DNA of 64,000 nucleotides from assembly GCA_017453865.1 (NCBI GenBank), contig JAFTEC010000003.1, positions 7,906 through 71,905 on the forward strand, read 5' to 3'. Below the pieces are notes generated by a model. That model saw only the letters and a program-made list of their open reading frames with translations. It made no database searches and was not told the origin of the DNA. Below, in pieces: positions 13,621 to 23,752 of the stretch (its first letter is position 1; each line of letters begins with the position of its first letter). This DNA is from Lachnospiraceae bacterium (GTDB lineage: Bacteria; Bacillota; Clostridia; Lachnospirales; Lachnospiraceae). Both the position numbers and the translations under genes were made by a program.

Positions 13621-14594
13621 GCAGGGAGAAAAGGAAGGTCATATGGACTGTGGTAATTTTAGCAGCCATGTGGAATGCTTATATTATACTCCATACGAAT
13701 GCGCTGGCTGATCCGCTGCAGGAGGTACTTAAAAAAATAATCTCCTGCTGTATGATAGACGCTGCACTGATAGGCTTCATCCTTATGTATGACAGGATAG
13801 TGAGCCTGCCTATAGAGCTCTATCAGAACAGGGAGCTTATCTGGAAGCTTGCGAAGAACGACTTCCGCGCAAAGTACGCGGGCTCGTATCTCGGGATACT
13901 CTGGGCCTTTGTACAGCCGGTGGTCACGGTGCTGGTGTACTGGTTTGTCTTTTCGGTAGGTGCAAGGACGGATATTACCGGTGAGACCTCTTATCCCTTT
14001 GTGCTGTGGCTTATTGCAGGCATTACACCCTGGTTTTTCTTTTCCGATGCACTCGGACAGGGTACCAGCGCTCTTTTATCCTACCAGTATCTTGTGAAGA
14101 AGGTTGTTTTCAAGATCAGCATACTTCCGATAATCAAGGTGATAAGCTCGCTATTCATCCATATTTTCCTGACCTGCGTTGCAGGACTCCTTATGGTGCT
14201 CTGCGGGTATTATCCCAGCGTTTACTGGCTGCAGCTCCCGTATTTTACCGTATGTATCTTTCTTCTGGTCCTGGGGTTAAGCTATATCACCTGCTCGATA
14301 GTCGTGTTTTTCAGGGATCTCGGGCAGATCATAAGCATAGCATTGCAGGTTGGGGTCTGGATCACGCCGATCATGTGGCATATTGAAGCGCTGCCGAGAC
14401 CGCTGCAGGTATTATTCAAGCTGAATCCCGTTTATTACGTGGTGGACGGCTACAGGATGTCGTTTCTCGATCATATGTGGTTTTTCGAGCATTTTTATTC
14501 CACCGCGTATTTCTGGATATTCACGGCCGTGATGTTTTTGACCGGCGCCATAGTATTTAAGAGACTGAAAATACACTTTGCCGATGTGCTCTGA
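13617..14594 (+). CDS. Polysaccharide ABC exporter permease (Wzm/TagG/RgpC-like)
   Basis: DFRAKYAGSYLGILWAFVQP, YLVKKVVF, LNPVYYVVDGYR, HFADVL end. Confidence 0.93.
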   Translation: MSREKRKVIWTVVILAAMWNAYIILHTNALADPLQEVLKKIISCCMIDAALIGFILMYDRIVSLPIELYQNRELIWKLAKNDFRAKYAGSYLGILWAFVQPVVTVLVYWFVFSVGARTDITGETSYPFVLWLIAGITPWFFFSDALGQGTSALLSYQYLVKKVVFKISILPIIKVISSLFIHIFLTCVAGLLMVLCGYYPSVYWLQLPYFTVCIFLLVLGLSYITCSIVVFFRDLGQIISIALQVGVWITPIMWHIEALPRPLQVLFKLNPVYYVVDGYRMSFLDHMWFFEHFYSTAYFWIFTAVMFLTGAIVFKRLKIHFADVL

Positions 14595-14619
14595 GTCCGG
14601 TTTTCTTTAAGGCAGATAA

Positions 14620-15915
14620 ATGGAAACAGTAATAAAAGTCGATCATCTCGATAAAATGTATAAGCTCTACGACCACCGGAGGGACAGGGTGCGGGACGCC
14701 CTTGGTCTTACCAGAAAAAAGCTCTATCATGAGCACTATGCCCTCAGGGATGTTTCGCTGTCCGTAAATAAGGGTGAGACCGTAGGCATAATCGGGACCA
14801 ACGGGTCCGGCAAATCCACAATGCTTAAGATCATTACCGGGGTCTTAAATCCCACGGCGGGAAATGTGGAGATAGACGGACGGATCTCAGCCCTTCTGGA
14901 GCTCGGGGCCGGCTTCAATATGGAGTTTACAGGGATAGAAAATATCTATCTGAATGGTACCATGATCGGGTTTTCAAAGGCCGAGATAGACGCAAAGCTT
15001 CAGGACATACTGGACTTTGCCGATATAGGCGACTTCGTGTACCAGCAGGTAAAGACCTATTCCAGTGGTATGTTTGTGCGTCTTGCATTTGCGGTGGCAA
15101 TAAATATCGACCCCGAGATACTGATAGTGGATGAGGCGCTTTCCGTCGGGGATGTTTTCTTCCAGAACAAATGCTATCACAAATTCGAGGAATTCAAGAA
15201 GGCGGGAAAGACCATCCTTTTTGTAAGCCATGATCTTTCCAGCATCAGTAAGTACTGTGACAGGGTGGTGCTTCTTGACAGGGGAAGAAAGATAGGTGAA
15301 GGGGCTCCGAAGGAAATAATCGATATGTACAAGAAGGTGCTGGTGCACCAGCTGGACAATACCCGGACGGAGGATACAAGCTTTAACCGGAACAGAGCCT
15401 CTGAGGCTTCGGATCGGAGGAAGCTCTGGAAGGACAGGATGAGCGTCAATCCCTCCGCCGACACCTACGGCAACGGTCTTGCGGATATAACGGACTTCTG
15501 CTGCATAGATAACAGCGGGGAGATCACCAATACCATAATCAAGGGAGACAGCTTTTCGATAAGGGTAAGATGCCTCTTCCATGAGAAGATAAGTGAGCCC
15601 ATAATCGCGGTATCCTTTAAGAACAGAATGGGTGTTGAGATATGCGGGACAAACACCATGTTTGAGCATATCAGTACCGGAGAGCCCGAAAAGGGTGATA
15701 TCCTTACCGCCACCTTTACACAGGATATGTGCCTTCAGGGCGGAGAGTATCTGGTATCCTTGGGGCTCGTGGGCTACAGGAACGGGGAATTCACGGTATA
15801 TAACCGGATGTATGACATATTCAGCATAAACTGTATTTCTTCAAAGGATACGACGGGATTCTTTGATATGGGAATGGAAACAACAGTGGAGAAGAGCCAT
15901 GAGCGGAACGATTGA
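14620..15915 (+). CDS. Polysaccharide ABC exporter ATPase with C-terminal Wzt_C-like domain
   Basis: Walker A GTNGSGKST, YSSGM signature, ILIVDE; ~150-aa beta-rich C-terminal extension. Confidence 0.93.
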   Translation: METVIKVDHLDKMYKLYDHRRDRVRDALGLTRKKLYHEHYALRDVSLSVNKGETVGIIGTNGSGKSTMLKIITGVLNPTAGNVEIDGRISALLELGAGFNMEFTGIENIYLNGTMIGFSKAEIDAKLQDILDFADIGDFVYQQVKTYSSGMFVRLAFAVAINIDPEILIVDEALSVGDVFFQNKCYHKFEEFKKAGKTILFVSHDLSSISKYCDRVVLLDRGRKIGEGAPKEIIDMYKKVLVHQLDNTRTEDTSFNRNRASEASDRRKLWKDRMSVNPSADTYGNGLADITDFCCIDNSGEITNTIIKGDSFSIRVRCLFHEKISEPIIAVSFKNRMGVEICGTNTMFEHISTGEPEKGDILTATFTQDMCLQGGEYLVSLGLVGYRNGEFTVYNRMYDIFSINCISSKDTTGFFDMGMETTVEKSHERND

Positions 15916-18121
15916 GAAGATCGGAGGAGTGACCCTGGATCTTTCGGATTACAGCGGGGAGGATCTCTATTCCGAGGGAGCGGCTGAGGAAAAGCTTCTG
16001 GAAATAGTTAAAGAGCATAGTGAGCCTGAGTTCAACAGGCTTATCGCGCTTACGGAGAGCTGGAGTGCCCTTTACCACCTTTCTCACCTCAGAGGAAATA
16101 TAGTGGATTTTTTCCCCATCAGTGAGGATCAGAGGGTACTGGAGATAGGCGCGGGCTGCGGAGCCGTCACAGGGACCCTCGCAAAGCAGGCGGGACACGT
16201 GACAAGCATAGAACTGAGCTACAGAAGAAGCCTTATCAATGCTTACAGGAACCGGCAGTATGACAATATCGATATCAGGGTCGGTAATTTTCAGGACATA
16301 GAGAAGAAGCTGAAGGAAAAATATGATTATATCCTTCTTATAGGTGTTCTGGAATATGCGCATCTTTATATCAATGCCATAAATCCCTTTACCGAATTCC
16401 TGAACCTTCTTTCTCCCCATCTGAATACCGGTGGACAGATAGTGATCGCGATTGAAAATAAATATGGTATGAAGTATTTTGCGGGCTGCAGGGAGGATCA
16501 TACCGGAAGATACTTTGACGGCATAGAGGGCTATACCCACGGAGACGGGGTGCGGACCTTTTCAAAAGCCGGGCTTATGCGGCTTTTCCATGCAGCGGGT
16601 TATGATTTTAGATTCTATTATCCCTATCCGGATTACAAGCTTCCGATCACCGTTTATTCCGATGAAAGACTTCCCTTCAAGGGCGATTTTAACGATAACG
16701 AGAGAAACTTTGACGGTGAAAGGGTCAACTGCTTTGATGAGGGAGCGGCCCTTGATGAAGCACTGAGTGACGGATATTTTCCCTTTTTCTCGAATTCATA
16801 TCTCTGCGTGCTGCAGAGGGAGGGCAGGGACGGATTGAGCGGTGAACGACGTCCTGTTTATTCCAAGCATTCGACGGAAAGGGATCCCCTCTACCAGATA
16901 AGGACAGACATTATTGTGGATCAGGGGAATAGGAAGACCGTGATCAAGACCCCCTTTACAAAGGAGGCCGTACCACATCTTTTGAGGATGGCGGACGCCT
17001 ACGACGGTCTCAGGGAGGAATTCAGGTCAACAAGCTTCAAGCCCTGTCCGGTGAGAAAGGTATATAACCGTTCAGGAGAGCTTATGTATCTCGAATTTGA
17101 CCACATAGTGGGCCGCAGCATGGACGAGGAGCTGAAGCGCCTTCTCAATCTCGGAGAGGGAGAGAGCTGTGTCGGAGCCATAGTGAAATTTGCGGAGGCC
17201 TTAAGGAATGCGTCTGTAAGGGACTTTTGGGCCACAAGGGAATTTGCCGAGGTCTTTCAGGTCACAAGCGTACCCGGAAATCTCCGGAGCATGATGCTGA
17301 CCGATGTGGATCTTATTTTCTCCAACCTTATTTACAATAATGGCTGGAATATCATTGATTACGAGTGGGTATTTGATTTTCCGGTGCCGGTGGATTTCTG
17401 CATTTTCCGTGCGGTAAGCTATTTCCTTTCGTCTCTCGATATGGCGGAGCCGGAGGTCTTTGACGGTATCTTTGAGAAGATAGGCATTGACTCTGACCTG
17501 ATGGATGTTTTCTATGAAATGGAAAAGGCACTGCAGAGACATATCGCGGGCCGGCATATTTCCCTCACAGGGATGTATTCCATATTCGGTGCGGAGAATA
17601 TTCATCTCGAGGAAGCCTTAAATAAGTCGAGGCTTTTGGTACGTCCCGAAAAACCAAGGATATTCTATGACAGGGGTCTGGGCTTCCATCCCGAGGACTC
17701 CCTTCTTATCAATGCGGAAAGAAATGATGAAGACAGGATCATGTTTGAAACATATCTACCGGAGGACTGTGCCGCATTAAGGATCGATCCCGGGGACTTT
17801 AAGTGCCTGGTAAAGATAGATAAGATCACTCTGGACGGAGAGCCCTATGATGAGATCCTTACCAACGGTACCGGCATCAGTGAAAACGTAATAATATTTG
17901 ACACGGCGGATCCCCAGCTTATCCTGGAGGAGGTTACAGGGGGGAGCCTCCTTCATATTGAGTATCATATAGCCACCCTGGATAAGAGGTTCTTCGAGCC
18001 TCTGGCATATGAATTTGACATGCCGATAGATAACAGCGGCTCCGGCTTTAAGCACCTCCTTAAGGGCAGCAGGCCGGAATATATTCCTGTCTCCCTTTCA
18101 GATAAAAATGAAAAAAGATGA
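15899..18121 (+). CDS. Class I SAM methyltransferase fused to a kinase-like domain (WbdD-like architecture)
   Basis: VLEIGAGCG SAM motif; central DLIFSNLI...IIDYEW APH/kinase-like motif; start moved to ATG 15899 (GGAG upstream). Confidence 0.75.
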   Translation: MSGTIEKIGGVTLDLSDYSGEDLYSEGAAEEKLLEIVKEHSEPEFNRLIALTESWSALYHLSHLRGNIVDFFPISEDQRVLEIGAGCGAVTGTLAKQAGHVTSIELSYRRSLINAYRNRQYDNIDIRVGNFQDIEKKLKEKYDYILLIGVLEYAHLYINAINPFTEFLNLLSPHLNTGGQIVIAIENKYGMKYFAGCREDHTGRYFDGIEGYTHGDGVRTFSKAGLMRLFHAAGYDFRFYYPYPDYKLPITVYSDERLPFKGDFNDNERNFDGERVNCFDEGAALDEALSDGYFPFFSNSYLCVLQREGRDGLSGERRPVYSKHSTERDPLYQIRTDIIVDQGNRKTVIKTPFTKEAVPHLLRMADAYDGLREEFRSTSFKPCPVRKVYNRSGELMYLEFDHIVGRSMDEELKRLLNLGEGESCVGAIVKFAEALRNASVRDFWATREFAEVFQVTSVPGNLRSMMLTDVDLIFSNLIYNNGWNIIDYEWVFDFPVPVDFCIFRAVSYFLSSLDMAEPEVFDGIFEKIGIDSDLMDVFYEMEKALQRHIAGRHISLTGMYSIFGAENIHLEEALNKSRLLVRPEKPRIFYDRGLGFHPEDSLLINAERNDEDRIMFETYLPEDCAALRIDPGDFKCLVKIDKITLDGEPYDEILTNGTGISENVIIFDTADPQLILEEVTGGSLLHIEYHIATLDKRFFEPLAYEFDMPIDNSGSGFKHLLKGSRPEYIPVSLSDKNEKR

Positions 18122-19901
18122 GTATAAAAGCTTAATGAAAGATATCAAGGATCCCTACGGGCGCTGGATAAGAGAAAGGGAGAGGAAGCGTGAGGAGGGG
18201 GAGCTTAATCTTCCCGAAAACTACACGCTGTTCCTTAACGGTGACGGAGACATAGATCCAAAGCTTGACAGCGCTCTTTCGGAATACGGGATAAAGGAGG
18301 GTGGCTATGACTTTATCTATGCAGATGAGGATGAAGTTGATAAAAACGGCAGGAGGCATGATCCCTTTTTCAAGCCGGATCATTCTCCGGATACCCTTGA
18401 GAGCTTCTACTACCCCGGAGGATTCACGATTATAAGGAATGACCTTATAGAGCGTACCGAAGAGCGGGGGATAAGGAATAACGGAGGACTTGAATTTTTA
18501 AGGGAGTGCGGCAGGGCTGCACTTAAGCCCCTGCATATCCCGGAGGTTATGTACCATGCGCTCTCCCACCATGAATACGGCTATAAGGATAAGGACAGTG
18601 ACACCGGCGACGGGGCGGCACTGCCCGAAAGCCTTGCGGTCGTGATCCTTTCCAAGGATCATCCGGAGCTTCTTAAGAGCTGTGTTTCAGGACTTTATTC
18701 TTCCGCGGAAAAAGAGGGTGTGCGTATTGAATGTGTCGTGATAGACAACGGAAGCCTTGAGGAGAACAGATCAAGATACGAAGGGCTTTCCGAAAAGTAC
18801 GGCTTTTCCTATGTATGGGAGAAAAAGGATTTTATTTACTCCGCTCTCTGCAACAAAGGAGCAAGCCTTACAAGGTCGGAAGTACTCCTCTTCCTTAATG
18901 ACGATATCGAGGTGCCGGAGGGCAGGCTTTTCTTAAAAAGGATGATCGGAGAAGCCCTGAAAGCAAAAACCGGAGCGGTGGGCTGCAAGCTTTTATATCC
19001 GGGAGGAACAAAGATACAGCACTGCGGAATCACTCTCCTTAAAAGCGGCGCAAGCCACTGCTTCTCAGGCTATGATGACGATAAGGTATACGGACGGGGC
19101 ATAAACCGGATAAAGAGAAATGTGTTTGCGGTTACCGGAGCCTGCCTTATGGTGGAGAGAAAAAAGTTCCTTATGAACGGAGGCTTTGATGAAAAGCTTT
19201 CGGTCGCCTATACGGATGTGGATCTATGTGCGTCGCTCGTATCCTTAGGGTTCTTCAATGTGTGCCTTAATGATCTTTATCTTATCCACCATGAGAGCCT
19301 TTCCAGAAGGAGTGACAGCGAAGAGAGGGAAAAGTTCTCAAGACTTAAGAGGGAGAGAGAGTACTTTTACGGGAAATATGCGTCGCTTATAAAGAACGGC
19401 GATCCCTGGTACAATGTAAACCTCACGGGGACAGAGCTTGATATGGGAGTAAACGTTCCGACACTGCAGGACAGGATACCCTTTTATGATGCCGATGCCC
19501 TTTCCGCGGCCCCTGCCAATGCCGGGAATTTAAGAAAGGCTTCCAAGGGCGGGCTTTTATATAATATTGAATACTGCGGTATAAAGCAGTCGGATGCAGC
19601 GGGACACGAAAGCTTTCTCGAGATAAGCGGATGGGGCTTTGTTCACGGAAAGCCCGGCTATGAGTATGATATACAGGTTCTTATAAAGGATGAAAAAAGG
19701 GCATATCTTCTGGACACGGGAAGGACAGAGAGGAAGGATCTATCCAGGGTATTTCCAAAGGAGAGGGACATTTTCCTTTCGGGCTTTTCGGTAAAGCTCG
19801 ATGCACTTTTCTTTTCCGGGGTGCCGGATAAGGAGGATATCGCCTTATGCTTTAAGGGTAAGGATATTTTCGGAAGAGACAGGGGATTTATCACATTATG
19901 A
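18108..19901 (+). CDS. GT2 glycosyltransferase (degenerate N-terminal GT domain, C-terminal beta domain)
   Basis: IYADED...FKPD, VIDNGS, LFLNDD, AVTGACLM, DVDLC, HHESLSR. Confidence 0.88.
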   Translation: MKKDEYKSLMKDIKDPYGRWIRERERKREEGELNLPENYTLFLNGDGDIDPKLDSALSEYGIKEGGYDFIYADEDEVDKNGRRHDPFFKPDHSPDTLESFYYPGGFTIIRNDLIERTEERGIRNNGGLEFLRECGRAALKPLHIPEVMYHALSHHEYGYKDKDSDTGDGAALPESLAVVILSKDHPELLKSCVSGLYSSAEKEGVRIECVVIDNGSLEENRSRYEGLSEKYGFSYVWEKKDFIYSALCNKGASLTRSEVLLFLNDDIEVPEGRLFLKRMIGEALKAKTGAVGCKLLYPGGTKIQHCGITLLKSGASHCFSGYDDDKVYGRGINRIKRNVFAVTGACLMVERKKFLMNGGFDEKLSVAYTDVDLCASLVSLGFFNVCLNDLYLIHHESLSRRSDSEEREKFSRLKREREYFYGKYASLIKNGDPWYNVNLTGTELDMGVNVPTLQDRIPFYDADALSAAPANAGNLRKASKGGLLYNIEYCGIKQSDAAGHESFLEISGWGFVHGKPGYEYDIQVLIKDEKRAYLLDTGRTERKDLSRVFPKERDIFLSGFSVKLDALFFSGVPDKEDIALCFKGKDIFGRDRGFITL

Positions 19902-21922
19902 GTCTTGACGGATATTATAAGGAGCTCTACGAGCAGGAAAAAAAGAAGAATGAGTCACTTACAAGGGAGCTTGTCCGGGTCGAAGCGGAAAATGCGGAGA
20001 TGAGTGATAAGCTTGATAAGCTTAAGAGAAGCAAGCTTTTCAGGATGATCAAGCCCTTCCGGAACGTATATGCAAGGGGTGTTGCCGGTATAGAAAGGGT
20101 GAGAAGGCTCGGAAGCCTTAAGGAGGTCATACGGAAGCTAAAGAGTAAGAGCATAGAGAAAAAAGCCTGTAAGCTTCACGGGACCCTTAGCTTCCCGGAT
20201 CAAAAACGGCGGGCTGAGGAGAGCTCGTTTATTTTTAAGAGCCGTCATATTTTCAGTATCCTCGTGCCTGTTTACAATACCCCGGAGCGCTTCCTACGCG
20301 AAATGATCGAGAGCGTAACAATGCAGACCTACGGCGGATGGGAGCTCTGCATCGCAGACGGCTCTGATACGGAACACTCCTACGTGGGTGATGTGATAAA
20401 GGAATATATGGAGAGTGACAGCCGCAGTAACCCTGCGGGTACAAGCCGTATAAAGTACCGGAGGCTTGAAAAAAATCTCGGCATATCAGGCAATACCAAT
20501 GCCTGCTTTGATCTTGCAAATGGGGACTATTTTGGTCTCTTTGACCATGACGATATCCTGCACCCTTCTGTCCTTTTCCGCTATATGCAGGAAATAGAGG
20601 AGTCCGACGCGGATTTTCTGTACTGTGACGAGGTGACCTTTAAGGGAAACAGTATCGATAATATGATAACCCTGCACTTTAAGCCGGACTTTGCGATCGA
20701 TAACCTGAGAGCCAATAACTATATCTGCCATTTCTCGGTTTTCAAAAAGGAGCTTTCGGATAAATGCGGCCGCTTCAGGAGTGAGTTTGACGGGAGCCAG
20801 GATCACGATATGATACTGAGGCTCACAAAAGAAGCAAAGGTGATAAGGCATGTGAGCGGGGTCTACTATTACTGGAGGAGCCACGCCCTTTCAACCGCGG
20901 CAGACATAAATACAAAGACCTATGCCATAGACGCCGCAAAGGGAGCCGTGGCGGCCCATCTTACATCCTGCGGCTTTAAGGATTTTGAGATAGAGAGTAC
21001 CAGAGCCTTTGCAACTATTTTCCGTATACGTTTCGCCCTCACCTCAAGACCGAGGGTCAGTATCATAATCCCGAATAAGGATCACGCGGCGGATCTTAAA
21101 AGGTGCACCGAGTCTATAATAACAAAGAGCTCCTATGATGATTATGAGATAGTAGTCGTGGAAAACGGCAGTACCTCCGGGGACATAGAGGCTGTTTACG
21201 GGGAGATTGAGAAGGCGCCCTTCGGGCGTGTAGTGAGATACGGCTATAAGGAGGGTGAAGGCTTTAATTTTTCAAGGCTTATCAATTTCGGAGTGCAGCA
21301 CTCCTCCGGGGATATGCTGCTCTTCCTGAATAACGATACAGAGGTCATAAGCCGGGACTGGCTTGAAAATATGCTGATGTATGCGGAACGCTCCGACGTC
21401 GGAGCCGTGGGTGCCAAGCTCTACTATCCTGACCGTACGATTCAGCATGCCGGCATAGTCATAGGTCTCGGAGCCCACAGAACCGCGGGGCATACGCATT
21501 ACAGGCTCTCCTGGGAGAACCTGGGATATATGGGGCGGCTCTGCTACGCCCAGAATGTAAGTGCCGTGACGGGAGCCTGCCTGATGGTAAAGAGATCCGA
21601 TTTTGAAAGGGTGGGAGGCTTTGACGAGAGCTTTGCCGTGGCATTGAATGACGTGGACTTCTGCCTGAAGCTCCGTTCCTTAGGGCTCTTAAACGTATTT
21701 ACTCCATTCTCCGAGCTCTTCCACTATGAAAGCGCTTCGAGGGGGGACGATACCGGCGGGAGCGATAAGGGAAACGCTGAGCGCTACGACAGGGAGGCCG
21801 CACATTTCAGGGAAAAATGGAAGGAAGCCCTTGAAAAGGGAGATCCCTACTACAATATCAATTTCTCCCTGGATCACAGTAATTACACATTGAAGGCAGG
21901 TCCCGCTCCGATGGTACAGTAG
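19898..21922 (+). CDS. Two-domain GT2 glycosyltransferase with N-terminal coiled coil
   Basis: SILVPVYNT, DHDD, DGSQDHD; second domain SIIIPNKD, FLNNDTE, AVTGACLM; heptad-rich N-terminus. Confidence 0.92.
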   Translation: MSLDGYYKELYEQEKKKNESLTRELVRVEAENAEMSDKLDKLKRSKLFRMIKPFRNVYARGVAGIERVRRLGSLKEVIRKLKSKSIEKKACKLHGTLSFPDQKRRAEESSFIFKSRHIFSILVPVYNTPERFLREMIESVTMQTYGGWELCIADGSDTEHSYVGDVIKEYMESDSRSNPAGTSRIKYRRLEKNLGISGNTNACFDLANGDYFGLFDHDDILHPSVLFRYMQEIEESDADFLYCDEVTFKGNSIDNMITLHFKPDFAIDNLRANNYICHFSVFKKELSDKCGRFRSEFDGSQDHDMILRLTKEAKVIRHVSGVYYYWRSHALSTAADINTKTYAIDAAKGAVAAHLTSCGFKDFEIESTRAFATIFRIRFALTSRPRVSIIIPNKDHAADLKRCTESIITKSSYDDYEIVVVENGSTSGDIEAVYGEIEKAPFGRVVRYGYKEGEGFNFSRLINFGVQHSSGDMLLFLNNDTEVISRDWLENMLMYAERSDVGAVGAKLYYPDRTIQHAGIVIGLGAHRTAGHTHYRLSWENLGYMGRLCYAQNVSAVTGACLMVKRSDFERVGGFDESFAVALNDVDFCLKLRSLGLLNVFTPFSELFHYESASRGDDTGGSDKGNAERYDREAAHFREKWKEALEKGDPYYNINFSLDHSNYTLKAGPAPMVQ

Positions 21923-21931
21923 CGCAAATTA

Positions 21932-21940
21932 TGATATACT
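21932..21940 (+). promoter_or_regulatory. Extended -10 element upstream of phosphoglucomutase
   Basis: TGaTATACT; no clear -35. Confidence 0.4.
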
Positions 21941-22011
21941 GTTAAGTGATTTATCAATGATATATACTGCTGCGGCAACAGCCCCGGCAGAATAAGGGAT
22001 GAGGTGAAGGT

Positions 22012-23742
22012 ATGAGTGATTACAGGAAAAGCTATGAATACTGGTTAACGGATTCTTATTTCGACGCGGATACCAAAAAGGAGCTCGAGGGTATCAGGGA
22101 TAATGAAGCGGAGATAGAGGACCGTTTTTACAAGGATCTGGAATTCGGTACGGGAGGCTTAAGGGGTGTCATAGGTGCCGGTACCAACCGCATGAACATA
22201 TACACCGTGAGACGGGCGACCCAGGGTCTTGCGAATTATATCCTGAAGGAGGGAACAGGGGACAAGGGCGTAGCCATTGCCTATGACTGCAGGAGGATGT
22301 CGCCGGAATTTGCGGATGTGGCGGCTCTCTGCCTTGCGGCGAACGGCATAAAGGCCTATGTATTTGATGCTCTCCGTCCCACACCGGAGCTTTCCTTTGC
22401 ACTCCGGCATCTCGGATGCACGGCGGGTATCGTTGTCACCGCAAGCCACAACCCTCCCGAATATAACGGCTACAAGGTTTACTGGGAGGACGGCGCTCAG
22501 GTAACTTCCCCGAGAGACACGGATATAGTTGACTGCGTTGCCGCCATAAAGGATTTCAGCGAAGCAAAGACGATGGACCTTTCTGAAGCAAAGGCAAAGG
22601 GTCTCTACAATGTGATCGGCAAGGATATCGATGATATCTATATTGAAGAATTAAAGAAGCTGATAATCCACCCCGACATCATCAAGGAGATGTCAAAGGA
22701 TATAAAGATAGTTTATTCACCCTTCCACGGAACGGGAAATGTGCCTGTCCGCCGTGTGCTTAAGGAGCTTGGCTTCGAGAATGTCTATGTGGTCCCCGAG
22801 CAGGAGGAGCCGGATCCGGACTTTACCACACTTGATTATCCGAATCCCGAGGATCCAAAGGCCTTTACCCTTGCTTTGAAGCTTGCAAAGGAAAAGGATG
22901 CGGATATAGTCATGGCGACGGACCCGGATGCAGACAGACTCGGTATCTATGCGAAGGACTCCGCTACCGGCGAATATATGCCGTTTACCGGTAATATGTC
23001 AGGCATCCTTATCGCCGAATACCGTATAAGGGAGCTTCAGAAGGCCGGAAAGCTGCCCGCTGACGGAGCAGTGATAAAGACCATAGTATCCTCGAATATG
23101 ATAGATCCAATAGCTGAGGAATACAAGCAGACCCTTATCGAGGTACTCACCGGCTTCAAGTATATCGGAGAGCAGATAAAGTGGTTTGAGGAAAAGGGAA
23201 ACCACACCTACGTATTCGGCTATGAAGAGTCCTACGGCTGTCTCGTCGGGACCCATGCCAGAGACAAGGATGCCGTGGATGCTGTAATGTGCCTTGCCGA
23301 GGTTGCGGCCTGGTGCAAGAAGAATGGCATCACCGTCTGGGATCAGATGCTTAATATTTATAAGAAGTACGGATATTTCAGAGAGGGCATACACACCGTG
23401 ACCCTTAAGGGAATAGACGGCGCCGCGGAAATACAGAACATTATGGAGAGGATAAGGAAGGATCCGCCGAAGGAGTTTGCCGGACTTAAGGTCAGGGAAT
23501 TCAGGGATTACAAGGCAGACAAGGCTGTTAATATGGAAAGCGGCGAGGAAAAGAAGACGGGGCTTCCTTCATCCAATGTTCTGTACTTTGACCTCGATAA
23601 TAATTCCTGGTGCTGCGTGCGTCCTTCGGGAACGGAGCCGAAGATCAAGTTCTATATGGGAGTAAAGGGAACAAGCCTTGACGACTCCGAGAAGAAGCTC
23701 TCCGCTCTTCGTGATGATGTGATAGAGAAGCTTGCCAAGTAA
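22012..23742 (+). CDS. pgm: Phosphoglucomutase / phospho-sugar mutase
   Basis: FGTGGLRG, TASHNP, DPDADR, GYEESYG, RPSGTEPKIK. Confidence 0.93.
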   Translation: MSDYRKSYEYWLTDSYFDADTKKELEGIRDNEAEIEDRFYKDLEFGTGGLRGVIGAGTNRMNIYTVRRATQGLANYILKEGTGDKGVAIAYDCRRMSPEFADVAALCLAANGIKAYVFDALRPTPELSFALRHLGCTAGIVVTASHNPPEYNGYKVYWEDGAQVTSPRDTDIVDCVAAIKDFSEAKTMDLSEAKAKGLYNVIGKDIDDIYIEELKKLIIHPDIIKEMSKDIKIVYSPFHGTGNVPVRRVLKELGFENVYVVPEQEEPDPDFTTLDYPNPEDPKAFTLALKLAKEKDADIVMATDPDADRLGIYAKDSATGEYMPFTGNMSGILIAEYRIRELQKAGKLPADGAVIKTIVSSNMIDPIAEEYKQTLIEVLTGFKYIGEQIKWFEEKGNHTYVFGYEESYGCLVGTHARDKDAVDAVMCLAEVAAWCKKNGITVWDQMLNIYKKYGYFREGIHTVTLKGIDGAAEIQNIMERIRKDPPKEFAGLKVREFRDYKADKAVNMESGEEKKTGLPSSNVLYFDLDNNSWCCVRPSGTEPKIKFYMGVKGTSLDDSEKKLSALRDDVIEKLAK

Positions 23743-23752
23743 TGAATGTTTA

